64,000 nt of DNA, taken from the NCBI GenBank assembly GCA_044892525.1, contig CM097885.1, forward strand, positions 26,972,001 to 27,036,000. The letters run 5' to 3'. This stretch comes from Schmidtea polychroa (lineage: Eukaryota). A program made the translations under genes and the position numbers. The notes beneath the pieces were generated by a model, which searched no databases, was not told the DNA's origin, and worked only from the letters and a program-made list of their open reading frames with translations. Shown here one piece after another: positions 1-13,952 of the stretch (the stretch's first letter is position 1; each line of letters begins with the position of its first letter).

Positions 1-892
1 CAAGTTTACAACTGCAAAGCACGACTGCTAAAAGACAAAAACAACGTTGTACTCGGATATCAGTCACCAGACCACACCCACAGCGGTAATTTCGCAACAT
101 CACTATCCGAGACATGAAGAAAAAAATGACAGAAATTATAGCAACACCAAGTTCTTCTTCCGGTTCGGTAATGGTACAAGGTTATTTCGTATAAAAATTA
201 TAACAAGACTGCTAGCAATATAGTTTCACAGTCCGTAACTTTTACACTAGCTTCCAGTAAATTTCTTTTCTTCTTATTCACCCGCCCTACACCATAATTA
301 AACATTCAATGATTTCTACACCTACTACTGGTGATTTATTTCAACTAGATGATTTTTAATTAAATGTTTTTTGGTTGTTTTACTTTTTATTTTAATTTGT
401 ATTTAATTTTGATGAATTGTTCTGAAATGAGTTTTTCTTTGATGAGAGCGTTTAACAATAATGATATGCTTTCTGAATACTATCGGCTTTGAATGTACAC
501 CATAGTCCTCCAAAAAACATGATAAATTGTCACTGTAACTTGATTAGGTTTACGAATTCCCAATCCATTATCAATTACTGGTACAGTTATATATTTTTCC
601 ATTTTCTTTTCCATATTATTCAAATATAAAATAAATAACTATTTATTTATATAAAGAAAATTTTAGGAAATATACTTTCAAAAAATAGGATTTAAAAATC
701 AAAATTGACCCATTTATTGAAATATTTAAACCGCGTATATAAATGGTTATTGGAGGCTTTATTTTAAAATATTTCGAAATATTTTATTAGGCTTCTGGAA
801 GCTAATTATAGAAGCTTTATAAAATTTAAAAATTTTAGTTTTTGTCATTTTGAGTTATAAATGATATTTATTTAATTTTAATTTTAATAAGT

Positions 893-1933
<1,041 letters not shown>

Positions 1934-2127
1934 TTTTTTTGGAAATTTGTTTTTCGGCACATTTTTGAATTTTAAGCAATTTTGTGTTAGGGAAATTTTT
2001 TAAGAAAATGTTTTTATCAATGTCTGTGTTGATGAAAGTCAGTTCAATTGCAAATTAATTTACGTTTCCTATAAGATTAAATATAATTTTCAGATGAATA
2101 ATAATTGTATGAATGTTAGCAACTTAC

Positions 2128-3470
2128 CACACTCAATCCCAGCAACTCTCTCTTGAAATAATCCAGCTTTTTAGCCTCTAATTCATTCAAATAATTTTCT
2201 AAATAAGTATATGTATATGGATAGCAATAAGATATCTGATAAACATCATCTTCACGATCGAAACAAAATGCAAAGGACATTACATAGTTTTTCCTGTGTT
2301 CTGGACACCGATAATAAAATACATTTTTCGATGGAATTCTGCACCTATATGGAATAAATCTGTTTTGATAATGACATCATTTCACTACATTACCAATTTG
2401 GTCGACTTGTCGACTTGACCATGGGAGACATTCCGTCCCGATACAATGATTTAGTTTTGCTAAAATTGACTATATTGAAAATGATTCGCTGAAATCTTAT
2501 TATTAAAGCGGAAATCTAGATCTTAAATTTACCTGATCCGCTTTAATATTTTCTATTGTAAAATTGAACCAAACTCTAAACCTAGGATTACAAGTATCTG
2601 GCCTTATAAACAAATCATATTCAAATTCATTTATATAATCAACTCGTCCCAGATTTCCTGAAACAGAATCGTTACGTGGAAATATTTTAAATTCATATTT
2701 TAAAGAGATACAATTAAGAAAATAAAAAATAAAATAGTTTCTCTTTTAATTTGAACATTTTGAATTTGAACATTATAGAAAACTTTTCAAAAGTTGAAAT
2801 AAATTACTTATAAATAAGATTTACACAGTCTCGAATGCATTCGTGGAAATTAGTTCAGGTGGAAAATTAAGGAATTTTAAGTGTTAATGTCAAGGGCGAA
2901 TGATTTTTCTAACACAAAAAGCTCTGATTCCAATTAATAATAAATATAACTAAATAAATAACAATAGTTATCCATATTCATATATATCAAATAAGACAAA
3001 TTTAGTTATACTTTAACACTTTTATTTATTGTTTGGTGTAAATTACAATTTTGATATACTGCTTACATAATGTGTGAATGATTGTCAATAATTACCAATT
3101 AATTCATTACATTTTCCATAATATATTTATTACTTTGTTTGTACCAGAATTTTTATTTATATATTAAATGTTATTATAATTATTCATCTATCGTTAACTA
3201 ACCACTTTCAAAACAAGCGTCAAATATCAAATGTCCTTTTTTAACTCTTCCTGCGTATCCAGGTGGCACAACAGCAAATTTATTAAGATTACCGACAACG
3301 GGATCTTCAAAATTTTCTGATTCACTCCCACCTTTATTATAAACATCATAAAAATATCAAAAGTTAAAAATAAAATTTCAATAATTAATGAAAATTCACT
3401 GACCCGAATCACCGGTTTCATTTACACGTTTAGTAGATTTTTGTGAATTAACTGAATTATTTTCCGTCAT
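2128..3470 (-). CDS. AGBL4: Cytosolic carboxypeptidase 6 (tubulin deglutamylase), first five coding exons: 3470-3404, 3331-3203, 2657-2533, 2488-2394, 2344-2128; the gene presumably continues beyond the left window edge
   Basis: Manual splicing at GT-AG junctions gives a continuous frame: MTENN...GRVKKGHLIFDACFESG/NLGRVDYINEFEYDLFIRPDTCNPRFRVWFNFTIENIKADQ/RIIFNIVNFSKTKSLYRDGMSPMVKSTSRPNW/CRIPSKNVFYYRCPEHRKNYVMSFAFCFDREDDVYQISYCYPYTY..., which I recognise as the CCP6 N-terminal domain. Confidence 0.93.
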
Positions 3471-3483
3471 GACATATCATGAA

Positions 3484-3497
3484 GTAGTCATGACAAT
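3484..3497. promoter_or_regulatory. Candidate RFX X-box just upstream of the AGBL4 start codon
   Basis: GTAGTCATGACAAT is a near-palindrome resembling GTTGCCATGGCAAC; CCP enzymes act on ciliary tubulin. Confidence 0.4.
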
Positions 3498-3813
3498 AAG
3501 TATATAAACAAAAATATATGTAGCAGATTAGAAAAAATGATTTAAATACTTCAAATTTTTATGTCAAATTTACTAGAATTTTTCTTATGTTTTTTTCTGA
3601 AAAATTTGAATTAAAATAGATTTTGAAAACTAAAATATAAAGTAATACTTACGTTATATATTTAAATAAAAAATAGCACTTTTTAACATTTTTTTACTTT
3701 AAATATATCTATAAAATATCTGTGTACATATTATATGCAGGCAATATGTAATTTAATATCGGGTTAAAATTTTGCATATATAATTGTAGTTTTTAAAAAA
3801 TGCGTAGTCTAAA

Positions 3814-4479
3814 ATGAAATCGCTACATTCGTTAAATATTCGTATAATTTCAACGTGGCCATTGCGAAAGGATGAAGAATGCACAGAAAATCACATTCAA
3901 TATATGTTTCGATGTATTAAAGATAAATTATTAAATCACAAAGAATTCAAGAAGTCGCAATTAAAAATTAAAGATAATGAACTCAAATTGAATAATACAT
4001 ATTGGTATCCTCAGATGAAAAAATCAAGAATTATATTTAAAAATAACATAAAAGGATATTATATTGTTGATGGAGATCCAAATGTCATTTTTTTATATTT
4101 GAAAACAACCAAAAATTTTGAAACCCATAAATGTGTTTTAGGATTATACATGAAAGATGAGAATCAAAGAAAATTGTTGTTTAAATTTATCGACGAAAGT
4201 ATAATAAAAGACAGCCAATGTGGTTTATTTTCTACAGAAGAAATGCAGGAAAAGCCTTCTGAATGCACCACTTCATCAGAAATGTTTAAAATTGATAATC
4301 CTTTGGTTGATAGTCTATTTTCGAAACCTGAAAACTTTGATTATGACGATTGGTTTGAGAGTGTGATATTTTTATGTTATGGTACCAGCAACAATTTACA
4401 TTTGGTTGATGATGGGCCCATTTATATGTATTCTGGGCATCAGAAACACTCTGTAATAAATTATAGTTTAACTTTGTAA
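3814..4479 (+). CDS. Hypothetical 221-aa protein, head-to-head with AGBL4
   Basis: Long ATG-initiated ORF in very AT-rich DNA, with AATAAA at about 4559; no recognisable motif. Confidence 0.55.
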   Translation: MKSLHSLNIRIISTWPLRKDEECTENHIQYMFRCIKDKLLNHKEFKKSQLKIKDNELKLNNTYWYPQMKKSRIIFKNNIKGYYIVDGDPNVIFLYLKTTKNFETHKCVLGLYMKDENQRKLLFKFIDESIIKDSQCGLFSTEEMQEKPSECTTSSEMFKIDNPLVDSLFSKPENFDYDDWFESVIFLCYGTSNNLHLVDDGPIYMYSGHQKHSVINYSLTL

Positions 4480-7135
4480 TTTAAATTTTCCTATCCAAAC
4501 AATGAGTTTAAATATTATGAAAGTGTTACCAAACGAGAATATATTCCTTATTTTATTAAATAAAATTTGATTTCACTTTAATTACTTGATTACAATCATT
4601 GTGTTTTTTTATTAAAACAGTTAATATTATATATTATTTTAATTTTAAAAATAAAAACGCCGGGTTGAATTTACATAAATGCATTAAATTTCGAATTTAG
4701 TTTATTGAATTTAACTAAAAGATTTCAAATATTATACTTTAAAATATATAAAAATTATTTTTTCATTTTTAGCTCCTTCAAAATAATATATTTGAGGTCA
4801 TTTAACATTAATTTGGGAAATTTAACTGTCCCGAAATTTTTTATCAAAAACTTGGACAATTTTTTATACCTTGAAAGGAAGTAATTTTGTAAACCCTTTT
4901 CGCGATTTCATAAAAAATGCAGAAAAATTTCAAACGCAAAGCAAGCTAAACCCATACATTTAAATTAAGAATAAATTTAATTAAAAATTAATTTAAATAC
5001 CAAATCAATATATTGAGTTGAGTGGGTTAGCAAATAAAAGTCAAGACGAATACATTAATGAAAAATTGACGGGGTCTCCTGGAAAAGTTTTATCTAACTT
5101 AAAAACTAAATAACTAATTAATTAGTTATTAAAAATTGTGTTGATCCCGAATGAGGTGGGAGGGTTGACAATCTAATAGATTAGGGCTAAAAAGAATATT
5201 TTTAGAGCTTAGTAACTGTTTTAGCTATCAATATTATATCAGTATTTTCAAAAACTATTCTGATGATGATTTGCTAATCTGGATCGGTAACTGACAGGTC
5301 AAATTATGGAATTTAGTGAATTATATGCTTAATTACCAAATGGTATGAAAGCAGACGCAACAATATACCGAAAATTACAACTATTGATAAGTAGAAAAAT
5401 ATTCATTAAAAATACTAAGAAGCAAAAAGTATTGAGTTGTCTAAAAAAGATTAATTTGCAGGGTTCTGTGTTGTTTAATTGAAAAAACGCTCGTTGGCAG
5501 GAAACCAAATCTTAGTAGAATATCTAAATACATAATTCTCTATGTATTCATGTGATTGAGTGATTATGTAATAACACTTAATTAAAATCACCTAATGCTA
5601 AATTTTCTTATAACTTCTAATTTTGATAGATAGCATGGCATTTTTATTTTAATGTTATCTGAAAATCGACTTTCCTTTATCGAATGATGCATAATTTATC
5701 CAACTTGGATCATTTTTTTTAAGATGATTACGTCATTTTTGACGGGTTATATCTCTGTTTATTAATAAAGCTCAACACCGTTATAAAAATGAAAATTTAA
5801 CATAAAAGCAAATAATATATATTAAATAATTAAAGATCATTTGTTTTTTGAAAAATAATTATTTTATAAAATATCTACAGACGCTATTTTCTTTGCTACA
5901 GATTTTTGAATTACATTAACATATTTTAAACTACAAAGATTGCAATAACACGCAAAGATCAATAAATCTCGTACGACTTTGAAAAGCTCCACCCGAATCG
6001 AAAGGGTTAAATAAAAATAATGAACATTGGAATTTTCAATTGCGATGACGTGCGTTAAATAGTTTGAAAGTTAAATTTAATTAGTAGACAGTTTGTGTGA
6101 CCGTTCATGTTTTGCATAGCGTGAGTTTGATACGTTGCGAAATTAGGTTCAGATTTCAATAGCAAATTAACAATTGACAAGGTGTAAGAAAATATTTATA
6201 TTGAGGTCATTTTAAGCACTTTACAAGATCGTTTAAAGTTGTAATTTCAAATTTGTCATGTCGTTGCCATTTGTGAATGAGATTGTCGTCATTATTAATA
6301 GTTTGGAATATGAGTGAATTACGGAATTAATCAAGAGTCCATTAGATGTCTTGAATGCTTGCCACATCCAATGAAACCTTCAACTTTTTAAATGTTATCG
6401 AAAGTAATGTTACATTTGAAAAGCATACTTAATTGTGAACCGTTCGGTATGACTATCGTATATAGTGAGTACATTTGTACACAAAACGACTTTTGATTTT
6501 CTTATCTACGACCTTTATATAAATTATTGAAACGAACATTTGATAGAAACAAATAATAAGATTAACTAACTTTTCAATAATTTTTATATTAATATTTGTA
6601 AGACTATGGATCAAAACAATATATAAAGTACACGATCTTTTGGAAATACAAACTTCATAATGGATTTGTCGAAATATCCTGTACCATACATATTGTTTTA
6701 ATCTATAGTCTTAAAAATATTAATATGAAAGTTAATGACTTAAAAAAAAATCAAAAGTAAAACCAAAAGATAAATATGTTACTAACTTTTCTTGGAAATT
6801 TTGAAAGCCAGACTAACACATGTTAGTCCATATTAATAACAAAAAATTAAATAATGTTTTAAAATGAATAGGAATGACCGGGGGAAAATGGTCATAATAA
6901 ATGATATCATGCTCTCGAAAAAAACGAATGAAGCGAAGAAATTAGAAGACGAAAAAGATATATAAAAAATCAATGAAATTGAATAACAAAACGTGATGAG
7001 GTCGTTTAAAATTAGTAAGTACAAATGAAAATGAAGAAAACACAAACAAAAATCAATTTGTGAATGGAAAAAAACGAAATAAAATTCAGGAATTTGTAAT
7101 GTCAAGGGGAATATTTGTGAAAGCAATATGATTAT

Positions 7136-10008
7136 TGTTGGGTTAGAACTGATTTTAAGCCCAAGTGGTTGAATCGTGATTGAAAGACGTCGGAACATAA
7201 CATTCAGACATAACATCAAGTCGAGTTAAACTCGAACACGTTCAAACATCAATTAAACAAATAAATAAAGTTTATTCAACACAAAAATAAACTAAAATGA
7301 AACAAAAGCAAGAAGTATTACATGAAATCCAATCAAACACAACATAGATAAATAACAGATGTAGGCAAATTTGAATTATTAGCGATATTGAGAGATAGGA
7401 ATAAAAATAGAAAGATTTCCACAAAACATCATCAGAAAATGAAGTAGAGATAAAATATTTACAATAGAAATGAATAGAAAACTAGAATATTCTATAAAAT
7501 AGCGAAATCCATCATGACCGCCAAGTAGCTAATGAGAATTAACTAAAAGATGAAAATTTTAGAATTAAATTAACAAAAACTAACATGAAATAAAATAAGA
7601 ATTAAAATAAATAGGAATTAGTTAATAAAATCTCTGAAACAACATATAATCTTCTAGGAAAAGTGCATATCCATCATGACGGCGAATTTAATAAAAAATA
7701 AATAAAATATTAAAAATTAGAAAACAAAATAAATAATAAATTGCGAAAAATCGACACCAAAATTGATAAAAATTAAGATTCAAAATTAAAATAATTCAAA
7801 TTTATTTTACTGAATCAATGCATACACACATACTCGTACACCAAAATCATACTATATATACCGACGCATTTCCAGTCAAAATTTAACCAGTTTGTGAATT
7901 TCTGTCACAATTTAACCAAAATCTTATGCTGAAATTTAGAATTTATTTTTCAATGAAAAGGTAAGTAGTTAATTTTATTGTATTATTTTGATATCCAGTA
8001 AATTATAGTCAGGGTTTCTGATTTTTATTTTTCTAAAAGGAAAGGAAAACGAGATCAATTTCTCGGACTAAAATTACTTATTGTTTTTTCCAGCTTACAA
8101 TCACTTAACAAGAAATGAATATGATATGTACAACATGAAGTGGCAGTTGTACTATTTCGTTCCTCTGGAGTAATTTTACTGCGCCGTTTATCGGTATACT
8201 TTATGTGAACTGTGTGGACGACGACTAGTCTACATGGGATGCGCCTGGGTAGCTCCGTGCTATGCTGTCAATAGGTAAACCCAGTATTGCGGAGTACCAC
8301 GGCGATGAACATCTTTATAAGCAGATCGGGAACTACGACAAGCTTTTAGTTTGTTTATGGTTCTAAGGTCTGAATACATAACATTAAGGGTTTATCAAAC
8401 TAAAATACAGTAGTCCGTGTACGATGAACAATTTTCTATTTCAGTAATGTAATAGAACTATAGTGCATGCCGACTACATATTTAAAATCAACACTCAAAT
8501 TACAGATTTCTGTTTCATTATGTAAGACACCAAGAGCTCGCTTTCAAACTTCCAGTGGGCTGAGAGAAACGATAGTTAAACATTATTTATGCTAAATCAT
8601 CACAACACACAAGGAACATTAAATTCGAGTCGAAATTTAACAGTCAGATATTTGGGATAGATCATCGTCTTTTAAACTGAGGGCTAATCCTTATAAAGTA
8701 CCCAATCAGCTCAGACCTTAAGGAGAAAGCAATAAATCTCAAATTTCCTCTACAAAATATTACCATGTGTGATAAATTTATATATTTAGCCTGTCAGCAT
8801 CGAGCGTTCCAACTGGAGAGATGAGATGGGCAGAAGCATTCTGACCAGACTTTGATTGTGTGAATACTGATTAATGCTGTGGTTATGTATATGTAGTCTA
8901 TATATCACGAGAGAGGAACTGATAAGCTATAGCGACATTATCGGAAAAAAAATTTAGCGAGTCGCAACAGCTGGAGGTAGTTTTACCCATACGAGTAGCA
9001 CGCAGACATATCGTCACTGGAAAATATTTGAATACACTAGCGGAAAGACTAAAAAATCTCTGAATTTTAATTAAAATTACCACAGAATCCCTCGATTTTA
9101 TCTCTAGTTATTTACATTGCTGTTAGTTGTTATAGTTTCACACATGCGGTGGATAGATGTATGGGTACATGTGCATATGGTTAGATAAGTGGGCAAGCGC
9201 TAAAGTTTAAATCATTTATTATGCGACACTAAATGAACATTTGCTGAAATTATCGCTCTTTATCCATTCAGTAATCAAGCTATTAGAGGAGATGCAGAGT
9301 GATTGGGAGACAGCAAGTGGAGATGCTCCGCAATCGAGTGGAGCTGCTCCAAGATCAAGTGCGGAAGTCAAAAGGGATCTGTTTCAGTTCGGATGCTATG
9401 AAGAGTCAAATTCAGCAGATAGATACCCTACAGACTCAGGCCGAGCAGTACCGGGTGGAGATTAGAGGACTAAGACTCCAGTTAAAAAAAGGAGCGTGTG
9501 ACCACCAGGAGTTCCTTGAGCAGCAGTGCTCAACGAAGTCATACCGCTGTTACTACAACGCGCCCCATTCAAAATCAGCGACACAACAAACCAAAGTTGG
9601 AAATACGCTTGCTGAGAGTTAATTAATGAAACTCCCAACCGCATGCTCGACTTGTGACGTATGTTATAAGTGTATTAAAATGTATTAAAATAAAACGTGT
9701 GATTCTGGAGAATCTTTTACGTATTTAAAAGTGCCGGGGATTTTCATAAAGGGAAGTAGTAGATTACCTGATAACTTGTGAAAATTGGTAGTGTAAGATG
9801 AAGGGACCTAATTGAAAATCTGAAATAGACCTTCTATCGGTAATCCGTGAACCCTTTCGAATGCTATTTAAGGCTACTTTGAACGGTCACGGGGGTACAG
9901 AGGTACACTCACGTCTCACGAGTATTCACCAATACGACAAGTCATTGTATCTTGGGTTGCGCCGGAAATGACACGAACGAATAAATGTGGATTACCTGCG
10001 ACCCAACA
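7136..10008 (+). mobile_element. Long (2873 bp) solo-LTR-like element
   Basis: Inverted termini TGTTGGGT...ACCCAACA, 4-bp TSD TTAT (7132-7135 and 10009-10012), TATA at about 7853, donor GTAAGT at 7961; 5' part homologous to the element starting at 58160. Confidence 0.8.
9299..9622 (+). CDS. Coiled-coil ORF in the LTR-like element; distant relative of the 42827/48180/49204 family; true start probably spliced
   Basis: LRNRVELLQDQVRKSKGICFSSDAMK aligns by eye with LQTQIRLLKKKSDHLEGTYFTPAQMK; same position upstream of the conserved 3' structure. Confidence 0.45.
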   Translation: MIGRQQVEMLRNRVELLQDQVRKSKGICFSSDAMKSQIQQIDTLQTQAEQYRVEIRGLRLQLKKGACDHQEFLEQQCSTKSYRCYYNAPHSKSATQQTKVGNTLAES

Positions 10009-10133
10009 TTATCTATAAGTGTCAGAAAATGACAGTGTATAAAAGAAAACCATTAATTGCAAAAGACAGAAAAAATTCATTTGGAAAAACAGAAATAAAG
10101 AGGAGTTGGAATATTGAGTTTTTGAAACGAGAA

Positions 10134-11653
10134 AGTAGGTAGATGTGAGCCCCATGAATCAGTATGAGTTATCGCGCATATATACCCCCCCCCCTTGCTG
10201 ATAAGTTATTGCGCGTTTGATCGATGAGTTATCGCGCATATATTGATTTTTAAGTGCAAAGTGCAAAATGTGCAAAATGTGCAAAATGTGCAAAATGTGT
10301 AAAATTTATTCAGGTGTGCTTTTCTTACATTAAAGATTTCACCCAGACATTGTCCACGAAAAAAGATTTGTTATTTGTCGACACAGATTAATTTATATGA
10401 AATCAACAAAAAGATTTCTTTTCAATATATATGTCACGTTTTTAAGGAATAATTTTTGGAACATTGGGAACCAAGTATATTTAGTCGAGACATCCTTAAC
10501 AAAAAAGTTGCGTCTTGATTCAACTAAGAAGATTCTTTAATAAAGATCTCGAAAAATTTCTTGGTTCTCCTAGGAATTCAGAAAGTGTAATCAATCAATA
10601 TTTTTGGGCTATCTTGAGAACGAGACATATTTAGTCGAGACATCCTTAACAAAAAAGTTGCGTCTTGATTCAACTAAGAAGATTCCGAAATAAAATCCTC
10701 GAAAAGTTTCTTGGTTCTCCCAGGAATTAAGAAAAGGTAAAATCAATCGATAATTCTCAAAAATTCGGCTATGTCCGAATGTATTATGAATTATCACGGA
10801 TTTTGATTGATGAGTTATTGTGCGTTTGATCGATGAGCTATCGCGCATATATACCCCCCACCCCCCTACTGATGAGTTATTGCGCGTTTGATCGATGAGC
10901 TATCGCGCATATATACCCCCCACCCCCCTACTGATGAGTTATTGCGCGTTTGATCGATGAGCTATCGCGCATATATTGATTTTTAAGTGCAAAGTGCAGA
11001 AAGTGCAAAATGTGCAAAATTTAGTCAGATGTGCTTTTCTTACATTAAAGATTTCACCCAGACATTGTTCACGAAAAAGATTTGTTATTTGTCGACACAG
11101 ATTATTTTATATGAAAATCAACGAAAAGATTTCTTTTCGATATAAATTTCACGTTTTTAAGGAATAATTTTTGGAACATTGGGAACCAAGTATATTTAGT
11201 CGAGACATCCTTAACAAAAAAGTTGCGTCTTGATTCAACTAAGGAGATTCCGAAATAAAATCCTCGAAAAGTTTCTTGGTTCTCCCAGGAATTAAGAAAA
11301 AGTAAAACCAATCGATAATTCTCAAAAATTCGGCTATGTCCGACGGACTTTGAAATATTTTCAACCATTCTATTTATGACAGTGCATCGTAAAATTTACA
11401 TATTTTGATGGGACTTTCAGCTTTCTATAGTAGTTTTGAATGGAGATTTCAAATCTTTGTTCAAATGTATACTGTTATTGTGTCAACTATGAATATTTGT
11501 TTAAATAAACTCATTTGATTAATATATAGAGCCAATATAAATAGAGATATTAATACCAATGTTTTTGTTTTATATGTAATTAAAATCAGAGATGTCGAAT
11601 CTTTGTTTTAAAAATTATTTTTCGCGCGCAATTTAAAAAATATTAACTATTTC
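10134..11653 (+). repeat. Left TIR of the Polinton (about 1.52 kb, internally duplicated)
   Basis: Reverse complement of 25229-26023 plus about 725 bp of extra duplicated sequence; includes ~62-bp and 10-bp (GTGCAAAAT) subrepeats. Confidence 0.93.
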
Positions 11654-11705
11654 AACATGTTTTTCGACTCATTATATAAACAATATTTGTAGTACATCTT
11701 TTTAA

Positions 11706-12329
11706 ATGGAATTACAAAATGAAGCTGTTTATCAAATTGTCGGTCCTAGTGGAAGCGGTAAAACGCTTTTTGTATGTAAATTGCTTCAGTCTAATTTGTT
11801 TGTTGAAAAATTCAACAAAATATATTGGCATCGAGGTTCAGAAACTGAAAATGGTTTGACGCATTCAGAATTCTGTAAAGTACAAATGAAAATTATAAAA
11901 GGGTTTGATAAAGATTGGACAAAACGTTTACAAAAGAGAGATGTCATCATCATTGATGATTTATATCAAGAAGCCAACAAAGAAAAGGAATTTAATAATT
12001 TGTTTACAAAGATTTCTAGACATGTTGGAGTTACAGTTATTTTTATAACCCAAAATCTTTTCCATCAAGGAGGAAATCATAGAACTCGTAATTTAAATGT
12101 ACATTATCTAACAATTTTTAAAAACCCTAGAGATGCAACAGTCATTGATTTTCTAGCAAGACAAGCATACCCAAACAATAGGAAGTTTCTACTAGAAGCA
12201 TTTCAAGATGCAACTAAAATTCCCCATGGATATTTATTTCTAGACTTTACCCAAAAATGTTCGGATGAATTACGAGTTCGAACAGATATATTTAACAAAA
12301 ACGGTGCAACAGTATATAAACAAAGTTGA
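11706..12329 (+). CDS. Polinton packaging ATPase (A32/FtsK-HerA-like)
   Basis: Walker A GPSGSGKT, Walker B VIIIDD, SRH, ITQNLF and FKNPRD motifs. Confidence 0.95.
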   Translation: MELQNEAVYQIVGPSGSGKTLFVCKLLQSNLFVEKFNKIYWHRGSETENGLTHSEFCKVQMKIIKGFDKDWTKRLQKRDVIIIDDLYQEANKEKEFNNLFTKISRHVGVTVIFITQNLFHQGGNHRTRNLNVHYLTIFKNPRDATVIDFLARQAYPNNRKFLLEAFQDATKIPHGYLFLDFTQKCSDELRVRTDIFNKNGATVYKQS

Positions 12330-12348
12330 TCAATTGAAAAGATTAATA

Positions 12349-12867
12349 ATGTCTTTTCAAAAGGTAATTGTCAAACCTTCAAAGAAATTGAAGAATTTGA
12401 TTGCAAAGCGTAAGAACAGGAAAATTACAAATAAAATTGCAAATAAAATTCCACTGAAAACCAGTTACACTGAACCAAAAGAGTTTCAATTATCAAAACA
12501 AAACCCTAAAGATTTTATAGCATCTAGAAAAATCAAAATTCCAAGAAGCTTACCATATTTTAATTCTTTGTTGAAGGCTCCTAAACAATCAAGAATGATA
12601 ATTTTACAAACATTCCCTACATTTGTGATAGATGATTTACTTGATATTATAATGAAAGTTGTACATGGGAAGATAAATAATAGCAGTGCAAGAAAACATA
12701 TTTTGGAAAAACACAAGAAATCGCTTCTATCACTTGTAAATAGCAAAAACAAAAAACAAATGAGAAAGATTATGTATAAACAACAAGGAGGATTTATAGC
12801 TGCATTAATTCCTCTTGCATTATCTTTATTAGGTGGAGCAGGTTTATTAGGAAGTCGAAGTTCATAA
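12349..12867 (+). CDS. Basic virion core protein with an adenovirus pX-like C-terminal peptide
   Basis: Lys-rich; ends QQGGFIAALIPLALSLLGG, i.e. an xxGG/F protease site followed by a hydrophobic pX-like tail. Confidence 0.75.
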   Translation: MSFQKVIVKPSKKLKNLIAKRKNRKITNKIANKIPLKTSYTEPKEFQLSKQNPKDFIASRKIKIPRSLPYFNSLLKAPKQSRMIILQTFPTFVIDDLLDIIMKVVHGKINNSSARKHILEKHKKSLLSLVNSKNKKQMRKIMYKQQGGFIAALIPLALSLLGGAGLLGSRSS

Positions 12868-12928
12868 ACAATGGGTGGTAGTCCTTCATTACCGAATTTC
12901 AAACTTGATTTTAATTCAAATTGTTGCA

Positions 12929-13952
12929 ATGGAGAAAATTTGGACAAATCCAAGAGACTCAGCATCTTTCGGCGGAATCGACAGACTACAGAAGGCAATG
13001 AAGAAATCAAAGAAAGAGACAAGAAATTGGTTATCAAGCCAACTTGCATACAGTCTCAACAAACCGATGTTAAAAAGATTTCCAACAAGAGCATATAAAA
13101 CATTTGGTATTGATGATTTATGGCAAGCGGATTTGTTGGAAATGATTCCATATTCCAGTATCAACAAAGGTTACAAATATATTTTAACATGTATTGACAT
13201 ATTTAGCCGATTTGCGAGAGCTATACCTGTTAAAACTAAATCTGCTAGTGAAATTGCTCAAGCAATAAAGAGTTTATTTGCTGATGGGCATCCCGATAAT
13301 TTGCAAACTGATTTGGGTAAGGAATTTTACAACAGTAAAGTTAAACAAATTCTAAAAGAAAATCATGTAAATCACTACACTGTTCATTCTCAATATAAGG
13401 CAGCCTATGTCGAACGATTTAATCGTACATTGAGAGATAAATTGAAAAAGTATTTTGTACATCAAGGCAATAAGACATGGATACATGTTTTACAAAATCT
13501 GATTCATTCATATAATCATTCCTCGGCACCATGGTTTAAATGGATTAAGACCAGTTGATGTTTCAAATGATAATCAAGTCAAATTATGGTTATCTCGACA
13601 AGTTCCAAAACCCAAGAAAGCAAAATATAAAATCAGTGATTATGTAAGAATATCAAAAATTAGTGCTTCTCCATTCATTAAAAACTTTGATAGTAATTGG
13701 AGCGACGAAGTTTTTCAAATTTCGAAGATTAACACTAAACAGAGTCCAATAATGTATGTCATTAAGGATTATGATAACAATGAAATTATAGGTAAATTTT
13801 ATGAACAAGAATTACAAGTTATTCCAAGTCCTACAACTTTTAGAATACAAGAAATTCTAAAGACCAGAGGAAAAGGGAAGCATAAACAATATTATGTCAA
13901 ATGGCATGGTTATCAAAACCCTACTTGGATACTGGAATCTCAGTTGAAATGA
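12929..13952 (+). pseudogene. Retroviral-like (rve) integrase with C-terminal chromodomain; one frameshift at about 13523
   Basis: DDE triad in WQADL, QTDLG and VERFN; a shifted frame continues RHHGLNGLRPVDV...WSDEVF...GKFYEQELQ...YYVKWHGY. Confidence 0.93.

Noticed and set aside
4891..6010. Possible piggyBac-like element (CCCTTT...AAAGGG|TTAA)
   Set aside because: Left TTAA imperfect and the TIR match is too short
7870..8040. Exon-1/intron-end duplication in the 7136 and 58160 elements
   Set aside because: Donors are present but no convincing matching repeat at an acceptor, so the architecture is not universal in the family
10609..11368. Short ORFs in the TIRs (mirrored at 25514-25774)
   Set aside because: They lie in repeated terminal DNA; the duplication reflects the TIR, not coding conservation
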